Below, piece by piece: positions 28,919 through 42,000 of a DNA stretch of 64,000 nucleotides. How positions within the stretch are numbered: the first letter of the stretch is position 1; every line of letters starts with the position of its first letter. Below the pieces are notes generated by a model. It was not told the DNA's origin. It ran no database searches and worked only from the letters and a program-made list of their open reading frames with translations. This DNA comes from Bugula neritina (Eukaryota; Animalia; Bryozoa). Position numbers and translations under genes: made by a program. The stretch covers positions 21,435,700-21,499,699 of the forward strand of contig OZ037768.1 of assembly GCA_964035545.1 (NCBI GenBank), written 5' to 3'.

Positions 28919-30095
28919 AAGTAACACTTTGGCAAGCTGTTGTAGCTGGTATTTTAGTAAAATTCTAAATAAAATATATGAAAATGCTGCATTCAGAATT
29001 TAGTATTGTAGGGTGTGTCTGCAAGTGTCTTAACAATTTATTTAAATTATTTAAAGTGTGTCTTCTCTTAAATAGGTTTTTGGCTTTATAAACCAGTAAT
29101 TTATGACCTGTTTCCAACCAATGCAACTTCTATGCATTTCAAATTGAAGGCAGGTTTTATGAAAGTAACTAAAGGCACTAAGTTTTGATGGCAGTAGTCC
29201 CAAACTGCAAGCTATAGAACTTTTATAAGTCTATGATGCAACTGCGGTCTTATATCTCAATATTGTGTTCACTTTGTAGCCATATTAACTTATCTAAGCC
29301 AACTGGGCACTAAGTTTTGCAACTTTTTTAGTTTTGAATTTATGGTCAATTTGAAACTAAATGTAAATTCTAACCTTGTAATAATCTACAAAAAATCTCT
29401 AGATAATATACTAGGGCAGTAAGGAGTTTGTTATAGAAAAAAATCAAATAAACATTTTTTATTTAGTAGCCAAAGAAGTTTTGTTATTTACAGAAAAAAA
29501 ACAAATATTTTAAACTGCTGTGGGGTTGACCCCTAACATTTATCTGGGAACCAAGCAATATCATTTATGTACAATAATCAATTATTCTATTTTTAGTATG
29601 CAATATAAGACATAATTTCAGTTTTATATTGTAATGCATCTGCAGCATAATTGCTTTTAAGTTTCAGATTTAAAAAAGACTTAAAAATTGATTTTAATAA
29701 ATTGCTAGTTAAAAATTAATTCCTACTCTATTTTATGTAGGCGTGGGAAATTGTTTAATTCATTTAGAAATTTTAAAGGCTGTGAAGAAAAAGTGTATTT
29801 TATTTAATTTTTGCATTTTGCTAATAATTCTTTTATTTTCTAATTTGCAGTAGAATTTGAATTGGACACTTTTTTCCAATTTCAAATGAATTTATTTTGG
29901 AAAAATCATGTAAAAAACAAAGTTTAAAAGTTTTTTTCAATAATATAATTATTTACAGGTACAGAAATTAGAGGTAAATAAAACAATTACAATTGAACAA
30001 ATTAATCTCTGTAAATCATCAGACTGATAAGTAATCTCGACTTTGTTCACTGACAGCGATAAGTAACTTGAGCAAGGAGGTTGATACAGAGCCAG

Positions 30096-33000
30096 TTATT
30101 TTTCTAATAGAACTGTGCACTGTCTTGAGTTCTCTTTACTCAGGAGGTAAGAAGCGCCCTGTACAGGTTTGCTTCTTGTTATTGAATATTTAGCTCTTTT
30201 TGGAATACCGCGTGCCTGCTCTACCTTTGTCCACTGCTCTCTGTGTATACAAACAATGCAGCTATAACAGATTACTATACAGTTGGCTACATCCAATAGC
30301 ATGAGTTGTGCTCTCTTAGAAAGATGGCAGCTGTATCAGCATCAATATTATTTCTAGAACAATCTATTCAAAGTTACCTTTTTCAATAAGCTTAGTGGCA
30401 ATAAAGTTGCTATGTTGACTGTGAAATTAAAAACAGTTCAAAATAGAACTGCAGAAGATTTTCTTGTGTATGTACTTACACTTACACTACAGTTACAATA
30501 CACTTACATTACACTTACACATACACATGCACTTACAAATTCATTACACTGCACTTACACATGTACTGACATATTCATTACACTGCACTTACACATGCAC
30601 TTACACATTCATTACCCTGTACGTACACATGCATTAAACATTCTTTATATACTCACAATATACACTGCACGTACACTATACAACACAAGATATTAAAGTT
30701 TTCACAGATGGCAAGTAGGCATGTAATGCGTACCTCACAATATATAGAGATATACTTCTAATACTCACGTCACTGTAAATGGGTCCAGCGCCATTCTCAG
30801 ACAAGCTTGCGGTGGAGTGACGTAGAAATTAACGTCTGTAATGAAGTCTATGAAGGCTGCGGCACTCAAATCAAATTCTATACTAGCTGATAGGTGGTTG
30901 TTCTCAGCTATAGAGAGACTACCGGTTACAACTGTGGAGCCACTGTAAGTCAGAGAGTAAGTTAAGGTAAGTATTTCATGTGAGTGTAACGAGGAAACGT
31001 CCAGAAGAATATAGAATATTAATGTATAAATAAAATATTATGTTATGTGATGAGAGGTTTATGGATGTCGTGCTTTTTTGTGCTTCAAGTTCACCCACAG
31101 CCTAAACATTGTACTTTATAAAATGAACATTAATGATATTGAATGAAATAATGAATGAAATAATAAATGTTTTGCTTTTGTTACTAACTAATTTCTGAAC
31201 ACTTTAACTTTCGTTCCTTTAATGTAAAATATAATATTATTGTTGCACTAAACTAAATCTATACTGAGTGGAATGACCAAAGTTCAATCCTTCAACTAGA
31301 AGCTAGAAGCTAGATGCTAAGTTATTATACAGTAAATAAAAGGAAATTAGTTACCTGTTTTTTAAAACTGAATGAGCGTCTTGGTTCCATAAACTAATAC
31401 TGATGAAGCCAGAGAGCTCAATGGACGCCACCCCCAACAAGTCATGCTGTAGAACTATGCCATTCTGTAGGAACAAGGTCTGATGTTTATCCTGAGTTAT
31501 TACATTCAGCTGCAAACAATGACAACAGATTATTTTTATTGGAAAAGTAACTCCAAATTAGCAGTAAAAATCAGTGAACTTTGATACTAATTAATATTAT
31601 GGTGAATTATTGCTAGTAATACATTCAAGTATTAAATAAAATAGAATATTGGATATTAAAAACTAAAATCATAACTAAGTAGACTGAGAAACCTACTGCA
31701 AGAGCTGTAACGGGTGACGAGGGGGCACTCCATACAGCCGACATAAGGGCAGCTTTACCTCTAAAGAATTCAACGGGGCGTACCAACACGTCCATAATGT
31801 CTAAGGCTAAACCAGCAGTTGGATCCTCAGGCTCCATGCCTTCTGTCACGGCATTAGAGTCAACAAACGACTCCAATCCTTGCGCATAAATACTGAACTG
31901 CAAATTAGAACAAAGTTTATGAATCAATGCATTAGCTTACACCCTTTGTGCTAGAGACCACATAAATGTGTTTACATGTATTGTCTCAAAAAGTCACGCA
32001 TTTTGATATTCAAACTCAAAAGTGTTGCAATCAAAAGTGCAGACTATTATAGCATCTACACATGTAAGACGGTACTCTTAGACCAACCCTAATGTGAGTG
32101 AAGAGTCTATTAAGAACTCACTCTATGTGGTGTTTAGGGCCCTAAGACTAATGTAATTGGTCAAAAACATTATTCAGCATATTTGTGCTGCAATATTGAA
32201 CCACACTGGTTACTGATATTGCATTGATGAACTTAAACTAAATATATAAAATATTTCTTTTCAATTTTAGCATTATAAACCATTTAGACTGTTGTTAGGT
32301 AAGTGAGCCAATCGGAAGTCATGTAACATATAGTCTGAATTAACTAACCAATAGGATAGGCTGTAAAGCATCTGCCGTTTGCAAGTTAACTTGCATGCCA
32401 CTTTTCTTCATAATGCCAGCTTGTGAGTTTTGCACAAACAGTCGGTATGGAACGTTTGTATGCGAAGACCCTACATAAGTAAACAATGCGCAACATTACA
32501 ACATACATACTTCACAGTTAATTTCTCATTTGAAAACGTTATATAAAATTATTCAGTTTTGTATTAATAAATTATTATCGTATTTTTCAAGCATTATCTT
32601 GATGCAAAGTATAACTAAGGAGGTATTCTATACTGTAAAATAATTTTGCCCCCACTGGGAATCGAACCCAAGACCTTCGGCTTGCAAGCAAGTGTGCTAA
32701 CCATTACACCACAGAGACCACTGGGTAAACTCAAAACTACATATACAATAAATGCGTATATCTATAAACAGTCTATGATTTAACACATGCCATGTCATAG
32801 TTGAAGTTCGTAAGAGTAATAATTCTACTCAAGGCTACGAGGAGTTGTCTTCTTGTAGTGAGTTAAAAGTAGCAATAATTATCATAATCTTCAACATCTC
32901 CTATTTAAGTCGCTACCAGTATTTCATGAACTATTTTTAAAGGCAGACAACTCACAAAAAGAGAAAGCAATTCCTTGTGTTTATTTTAATATTATTACAC

Positions 33001-36000
33001 AAATTACACAGCGACAAAGTTTATACAACAATGTGTGCATTTGTCTAAAAGGTGGAGTCCTTATCAATCAGGCTGTAAATTTTAAAAATGCATGGAATTG
33101 TCTGCCCAACGATCTTCAAACCAGGCTATGTTCATGCAAGTCGCATTATATTGATGTATATACTTACTACCAAGAAAACTGGTTAAAGCGTTGGCTTTCC
33201 CACCAGGGCTAAGGGTGTGATAATTCCTTAGTCTAGTGCTGTTGAGAGCCTGGACCAACTTCTCCCTAAAACAATGCCAGGCTAACATAAAGCCACTTGC
33301 AATACAATAAAACAGCAAAAAACATCCAACAAGGTTTTATTTAGATTACATAACTACATTATTGTCCACTTTCTAAAACATAAACAGAATTTAAAAAGTA
33401 TATATTTAAACAATCTCTCGCACTTCTAGGTTATGATAGTCAGCTGACCTAGCATAATATTGAGTTTTGTTTACTTATGGATACTACCAGAGTTACTCTA
33501 TATGTACATCTGTTTATACAGTACAAAAGCTAAGATGGCCGCAAAATATAATATGCTTATAAGATAAAATACCAAAACCTGAGAATGCATCAAAAGTTTG
33601 TAGAATTAAAAAGTTTAAAAATGCGTGATTGGCTAATATCTTGACCTACTTAAAATCAGGTTGATGAGTGGCTAGGTCTTGCATCATGCCGAGTACGTAT
33701 GCACCCAGATGACCATCAGTTTGATTGACGGTGGAGAGTAGAATAGTTGTTAGGCTATAGACTGAGGGCCTTGATGAAAGTAGGACAGCCAACGCAGTGG
33801 TCCTCACTCCACTGTCATATGATCGCTCATTTTGGTGGTAAATACGGCCCATAGCATCCAACACCTGTGTGAAACAAAGTTATTGATGGCACTCATTAGT
33901 GGACCATAATTCAATATTACAACACTAAGAAAGATATAAAAATTTACAATTTATAATTTTTCCAGCTGTTTTGATACAACTAATTTAGCAAGATTATAAT
34001 TCAAGCTAATTTTGCAACCCTCAATATTTTAGAAAAGCCAGAAAAGGCAAATTAATTCACATTACTTGATACATTGAAGGTGTTGAATCGTTAATGCTTA
34101 AATGCAAAGATTACAGATATTATAATTTAGTTCCATAATGTGATTGTCCGTAAAAAGTTCAAAATTTATTGCCAAACGATAACTGGAGTATTAACTGTTG
34201 TAAAGAACTGTTTAAGCTTCTTCCAGAAATGCTTGCGACAAATTAAAGTAAAATAAAAGTTCTAACCATTTAATGTTTAAAATCCTAACTCAAAAGTTTG
34301 AGAAATATCCAATAAAGATCAAGTTTAATATTGGCTAGTTTTGACATGTAATGAAAATACACAGACTCTACATAAGATGCGGTTGCAGACGTACATTGAT
34401 AGAGGCAAAGTCTTGACTCATGACAGCTAGAGCTTGTACTGCTGCACCAATAATAGCATTGTCTGTGGAGTTCTCAGCAAGGTGAATGAGATTCTGTGTG
34501 GTACCGTGTAGTCGGGCGTTTCTAAGAGCCCGCACTATCTTCAGAATCACTACAGGGTCCTTAGACTCGGTTAGGATCTCAATAAACATGCTTTCAATCT
34601 TTTGTACAATCTGTGTAATATTTATAAAGAGATTGTAAATGTGTATGCGATATAAAATGGATTAGCAATTCTCTCTAATACAGTTCAATCATGCAAATTT
34701 CAAAAATAATTTGTATTATATACTTTTTTCATTACGAAAAAGGTTTACTATGGAGAAACGCTATGGAACTATGCTAAAAAAGTTGATAAAATTTATTTTA
34801 AACATTATTCATTTATATTTTAAAAACCACTGCAGCCATCTTTAATATTACCCAAGTTATGGCAGCAAAATTTAAGTGTAGGCTATATAGGTCTGTAAAT
34901 AGATTTTAACAATTCTTTTAACACAACTTGCACAATTCTTCTAGTAGCATTCTTTTATTCTTGAACTTTTGTGTGAACTGGGATGTTTTGTCAGTTACAA
35001 TGTAACAACTCAACTCTGGAAATTAATTGCATATAACTAATAGTTCAGCAGTCAATAATTTTGTCAGTAGCTGACATAAAATTGTGATTGCTGAAGTCTT
35101 ACAATGTACGCATTTATCATGTCGCTCACACTGTGAAAATATTATGGTGCTCACTCACACAAGTGGTGCTCACACACAAGTGTACTTAGTGTAAGAATGC
35201 TAACCTCTAGAGAGCATTGCTCTTCAACCTGGCAGAAGGTTCTGGTGACAGATCCTAGAGCTAAGGCTACAGACTCGCTTAGCTCAGGTCCATTACTTGC
35301 ATCTTTAAACATTTCCTGTGTGTGAGAATTAAATATATAGGGTAATCGATGGTGTGAGAATTAAATAATTATATTGAATACATTAAAGGTCGACCTCATT
35401 TCTTGTTAAAAAGTTTAAAGCTTTTTCACGATAGGAAATATTATATATACACATTAAACGTATTTCTACATTGAATAGAATAGAATTGTTACTTTCAGTA
35501 AAACTATTGTACATATAATATCTAACAGAAAGTGTTAAACTTTGACATCTTAGTAATCTATCTTATACTTTAGTACAGTGTCACGTCTTCACTGAAATAA
35601 ATAAATTTTGACTACTAAAAGTCTTTTTAATAGAAATTTACATATTTTTCACATCCTGCATAAAAATGCCGATCTGAAATAACTCTGTCAAAGCAAAGAG
35701 GTGATATATAGAAACTGACCAATAAAGCAAGGAGGTGATACATAGAAACTGGCCAATAAAGCAAGGAGGTGACACATAGAAACTGACCAATAAAGCAAGG
35801 AGGTGATACATAGAAACTGACCAATAAAGCAAGGAGGTGACACATAGAAACTGACCAATAAGGCTTTGAGCAGACTTTCTCTGGGATGGGAAGAGAAGCT
35901 GGTGGCCATTACAAATCTTTCTTTCATTCTGTAATCTGTTTCATCTTTCAACACTTCAATGGCTGCTTCGATGGCTGAGTCAGTTTGAGTAGCGGCAGCA

Positions 36001-39000
36001 ATATCTAGTAGTTGAGGTCTACAATTGTTCAATTGTGATGGTTTAGTGATAAAAATATTTTGGTGTTATAATACTAGTACTAGTAGCAACAGGTGAACCA
36101 GCTCTAACGAGAGCAAATAAGAAAAGTATTGGTTGCAGCAACAGCCGCAATAACAGCAGCAGTAGTGCTAGTAGTGCTAGTAGTGCTAGTAGTAATGATG
36201 GTGGTGGTGGTGGTGATGGTGGTGGTAGCTGTAGTAGCATTAGCAGTAATGTAGCATTAGCAGTAATGTAGCCGTAGCAGCATTAGTAGTAGTAGTAGTT
36301 GTAGCAGCAGTAGTAGTACTTAGTAAAATATGAATGTATTTCAGTTTCAACTTACAGAATGTTTTTATTTTCTCTCAGAACTGAGACTATTTCCTGTTGA
36401 CTCGCTTGTCTAAAAACAGGCAGAAGTTTGTGAAAGGCTCTTGGAGATTCTAGTTTAGATATTTTATCAGCATGGAGATCACTTGCAACTTCTTTCACGG
36501 CTTCTTTCAGCTACAAACAGACAGCCATGACATATCCCATTACATGTGTTACATTGTCAGCCGTGTAGTAAATTCTGAATACTTAACTATGCTATATAAT
36601 TTCTATGCAGTTACATAAATTTGAACATTGTTAGATATTTTTAAAAATTCACTCTCGCAACCTCGATTGCCCATACATATTAAACAAACTTATTCTTCAA
36701 CTTTAGATCTCTTATTTTGAAAAGTGAGTGGTTTGGTGGGACTATACAAAGTAAAACTATATATTAAACCTATAACAAAAAATGGCTGTAAAATTAAAAA
36801 CTGTGATCATAGACCCAAAAATGTTCATTCAACCACAAACAGGGGTCACCAAAAATATACTGAAGTCATTGGGTAGAGCTTAAAACGTGTGCAGAAAGTA
36901 ATACTAACTGAGACGCAGTCAATGAGGCAACTTGGAGAGTCAACATCTGTACCTAGCAGCATTCCTATCAGATCTAAATCTAAAATAGATATGCCAAAAA
37001 AATTTGTAAAGGAAATTGTTAAGCATTGTGACGAGTTACTGGTTAAATAGAAAATACTTCTGTTGCTAAACTTCAGATTTACAGTACGCCTACAATGAAA
37101 CAAGTTGATGAAAAAGTTGTATGGTTTCGGGTCATTTGAAAATCTTGTTGAGTTATTTATTATTTATTTACTATTATTATTTACAAGCCAGCGGTTTTCT
37201 GGGTCAAAAAAAAGTATGAAAATGTTGAATTGGTAAAAACAACTAACAAATGGCCTAATAAGAAAACAAGTAATTCTTTGTAATGTATGCATAATTCTCA
37301 CTTTAAAACCTGCTCATGAATTCGCTCAATGGAAAATAACATAAACACTTTCAACTAGAACTGCTATAGGTGTAAACAAGCCATTATGTAAAGAGAACCT
37401 AAGCAGTTCTTGAATCACACCAGTACCATTTATGGTAGCGCTAGACTAGCATTAGAAATACCTAAAATGTTGGAATCAAGTGATGGCACTTTAAAGTATT
37501 TTGATATTTTGTATTTTTTGTACAACAAAAGTAGTCAAAATTAACTTTAGACAACTAGTAAAATTATCTCTGAATTTTAGCAGTTGAGTTTATAGCAAGT
37601 GACAGCACTAGTTTAAAATAGAATGTGCTTCAGCACAAAATTATTTAGTTGTGTGATTAGCATCTCTATATTTTACTGGCAGTGATTGTTCCAGCATCTG
37701 TAAACCTGCCGTGTTAATAGTAGACAATAAAATAGTTCACTGGCACAATTAAAAATTCACAGAATTTGAAACTATATTCAGCCTATGCACTGCAGCACAA
37801 TCAAAGTGTGTTAATAGCTAGTTTTTGTTTCTATTTGATGAGACAAATCACTCTCATTTGTTTCAGATTTGCTTCAGAAAGAGTCTAAGTATTTACTAAC
37901 CAGCATCTACAGCTTCTACGGCTTTCTCTATACTCTCTGCCTTCACCACTTCTCCGCCAGTCTCAGTGCTTATTAGCTTCAGGTTCTGTCTATAAATTAC
38001 GAAACATCAACAGATTAATCTAGTCAGCATTGAAAAAAAGACTTAGCCTAATAATGTTCAATCATAAGTCAAATGTGCTGATTTACACCAACAAAATGCT
38101 GCCTCTAGTTTCTGCGACAGACAATCAGATAATACAAGCTTTTAAATACTTGAAAAAACTGTAGAAAAATTTTAATAATTAACAAAATATATTGTGCAGG
38201 TAACTATTACACCTACAAAATAATACCTTACTCTTGTAGCTTATTTACCAAATCATGTAAAGCACCATTCCTGTGAGAAACCTCTAAGTGCAAATGTTTT
38301 TTAATTAGGCTGAGAACTTTGTAATTTTGTGAGGCAAGAGCAATTTTAATCTGATGCATCTGCTAGCATCACCAGTGACTTTGTGCAAACTATAAAGCCA
38401 GCGCTCTTACTGATAGCAATAACTGCACTCACTAATTTATTGACTTTAAAAAAGTGACTATTAAGTGACCCAAGAAATAAGTATATCAAGTAACTCACAG
38501 TGCTGTGACTTGTAGATCTATGTTCTTATCAGCATTTAGAAATATATCTTGTTTGTCAGATGAGTGTGCAGATGTAATAACGTCATTCACAAACTCGTAT
38601 GTTGAGGTAGTCAAACTCATCTGTGTTGAGTCAAACATCTACAATGTGTTTACATGTCAAATTGTTAGAAATCAAGATATCACAGGAAGTTGAGTCGTCT
38701 ATTAACTTTTACATGTTTTAGCAAATCTATTATCTAAAAGGATGACATTTTTGATGATAAATATTTTATTCAAAGAAGCTTCAACTGTTAAATAATCCCT
38801 CACACTTTATTTATGCAGCAGTAAAATATTCATATATATCCTAGCTATCATCTACAGACTGCTAGAGGGTCTTATGCTCAAATAATTTTGCTTTACAAGA
38901 AATTCTGTGCTCATGCTGATGACATTTTCGTTTACCCCTAGAATCAGTGGTATTATAAAACTAATAGTAATTATTGCTAACATTCATTGCATGCTAACAC

Positions 39001-42000
39001 ACAGCTTTATCACTGAGCGGGTTTAAAAGTTTAAACCTGATAGCTAAAATATGTATGAATACTTTAATGCCGCATAAATGAAGTGTGTCAGGAATTCTGT
39101 CAGGAGTTCAAGGGGGTAGCAAAAAAGAAGGCAAAATATAATTGAAAGATTTTTACTCTATCGCTAGTCAAAGTACTTTACAAATAGTTCCAGATATACA
39201 TATATACATATGAGATACAGTAAACACAGTGTGAGACATACACACCACATATGATCAAAGACTGTACCTTGTTAGGGTGATAGAATTGGCCGGCTTTCTC
39301 CAAGTTTCTGCAGTTTGTTTTAGATTTGATAACTTTGTTTCCAGTTACTTGGTACTCAACATCACATTCACCAGAGGCATCCACCTGCAGCACAATTCAG
39401 AGAATATAAAAAACTGCTTGCAGTGTGTGATTTGTTATCAGCTTCCAATCAAATATATAGTGGTAGACTTAAAAACACCCAACGCAATTCGTAAGATTAC
39501 CAAAGTAATAATTGAAAGCTTGATATAGGTTGCAAATGTGTGTGTGTTAAAAGTACTACAGCTGGACTAAACTAAATGCAATTAAATTTTACAGTATATT
39601 AATTCTAGTAAATCAAATAAGCATTAAAAAGTCTTTTTAAAAAACAACATGTTTAAAAAAACACAAGTAAAGAACTCTGTGAATTACAAGAAACAGATTA
39701 TGAAGGAAATCAGAATGCTAACCTCTGTTCTCTCACTGTCTACTGTCTGAATCTGTAGCATACTGATTATACCCTTCTTTATGTTAGCTGAGATTGTCTG
39801 CTCATTCATAGGGAGGTATACTCTGCCAACCTTACCATCACCATGCCAATGAAAGAACACAGGGTATCTGTAACACATACGTTAGCAACAATTGGAAATT
39901 AATCAGACAAATTTTAATACCGATCAACAATTAAAATAATATAACACATTTTAAATTATTAAAACACTTGAGATTTAAAATGCAAACACATGACACAAAT
40001 TTTACGATTTCTAAAAGGGCAAAATACTGCAGAATACATAATGTTTTTAATCTCAAGGTTATTAGCATCGTTTCAGTAGTTGTCTTTCCTATATTATTAA
40101 AAACATTTCAAAGGTAGGGAAAAAGCTATGCTGATTACAATAAAATATTTTAAGCTTCTCCATGACGCAAAAATGCTGTGATAAAAATGACCTTTCAACC
40201 TATGACAGCAGCTATTAATAAACCAATTAGTATTTATGCTTTCAACTATCAGTGATGACATCACATGACCTGTCTCCATAGCAACAGTGAAGCCTCACCT
40301 CCTTAGTTCAGGGAAGTCTGTACTGACACCGTCCCTTGACACACTTTGCAATGAGCTCTTTGTTACCTGCAAGCATTTAGAATGAGCACATATTAGACAC
40401 CAGTGCTATATAATGTATATGTTTATTTTAATTCTACCCCATTGTTCATGACACCTTTTAATTGTCAGGTATTTTATAATAAACATCTAAGTATAAAGTG
40501 AAGTAGCATATACACATATACACTAAATACATAGAACAGCTTGTCACAGTCTAGAATATATTATGATAAAATAAATACTAATACTTTGCCAAATAGAGAA
40601 AACTTGCAAAATTAATAACAAAACTTTGTTTAAGGTCTTTTTGTGTCTTAAAAGCATATATTTTATGAAAGTGGTCTTAAATTTTATTAATAAAATTAGG
40701 TATTAGCCCTAAGTCAAAGCAATAGGAAGTATAGCAGTAATATAAACATGGCAGCGAAAGGTGCTATAAAAACACAGTTTGTAAGAAACTATAATTGGAA
40801 ATTATTATGAATCTGTAAAAAAATTTAATTATTATTATTTGTATTAGAGCTTTCTAATTTTGAAGTTGTCTGCTTCCTAACGTTCATATTAGTTTTAACT
40901 TAAAAAAGAGTAGCTTTCCAACATATGCTGTTAACTCAATCCTTGCAAATGAGTTCGAAAATAAGAATAAATTTATAAGACCAAAACAGTAGTTGATATT
41001 ATGATAGTGTGACAGCTGTTTTCCTATGTTATAAGTGCATCAAGTGATAAAATAACTGAAGCCATTATAAAATATAATAAATTCAACAGAATGCCGGCAT
41101 TTTCTGATATCATCATTAATCTGGAAAACCCGGGTAGGTGAAGCAATGATAAGTCACGTTATCAGAAGTATGTAACCAATTTTGTTCACTCCTGATAAGA
41201 TAAGAGAGTAGTACTAGAAATAGTTATATATAGTTATAGCTGCACCAGCTATAGTGGGGTGGATTGTTGTATCAAACAGTTCAAAGTAACAACGGAAACC
41301 AAATCAAAGGGCAGAAAAAGGAGTGAAGTTCTCGTAGTACTTTAATATAACTGTGAAGTTGCCAGCTGATGCTTATATACTCATGACCTAATGGTGACCT
41401 TTAGTCCGCACGCAGTGTTGTAATATGATAGTGCTAATAGTATTTGCTTTTATACAACATTTAATTTTCTGTTAATGCTTCTCCTTAGTAAACGAATTTT
41501 AATTGGAGCTAACTTACTAGAGTTGATCTTGGGCCTTTTTAAACTGGGAAAACAAGTTTTACTTGGGCAGAACATTATGTGCACAAGCAATGTTAATTTG
41601 ATTACCTCCAGTTTAATCAAGTAGTCGTAACTCTTCTTCCACATGACCGATAGTCTGAGATCGGAAGTGACGGTGTAGCCCACAGGTCTACGTGCTCCAG
41701 ACAGGCTTTCTTCATTTGCCTCGTTGAGTGTTGTTTGTGTTGTGTAACCATAGAGATAGGCATTTCCTGGCTCAAAATGGATGGCGCAACCTGAAACACA
41801 AATCGAAAGATGGATAAGACTATTGACTTAGACAGCACACCTAGATGTTGGTACTATGCTCCAGTATTTTGTCTAAACACAACACAAACAGTTTAGAATC
41901 AAATATTGACCTTGGAAGTCAGAAACATGCACTTTCAACAAATGAATTTTTTTGTATCTTGCTAAAGAAAAAATTCTTATTTGATTCTGGACACACAGCT

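Noticed and set aside
35700-35862. CRISPR-like array and the overlapping ORFs in three frames
   Set aside because: Head-to-tail 34-bp units with no unique spacers, eukaryotic context and no cas genes; the ORFs are repeat by-products.
40272-40285. RFX X-box-like GTCTCCATAGCAAC (similar at ~43458 and ~52514)
   Set aside because: Located in MTTP introns or a coding exon, not at an evident ciliary-gene promoter; cannot be distinguished from chance.
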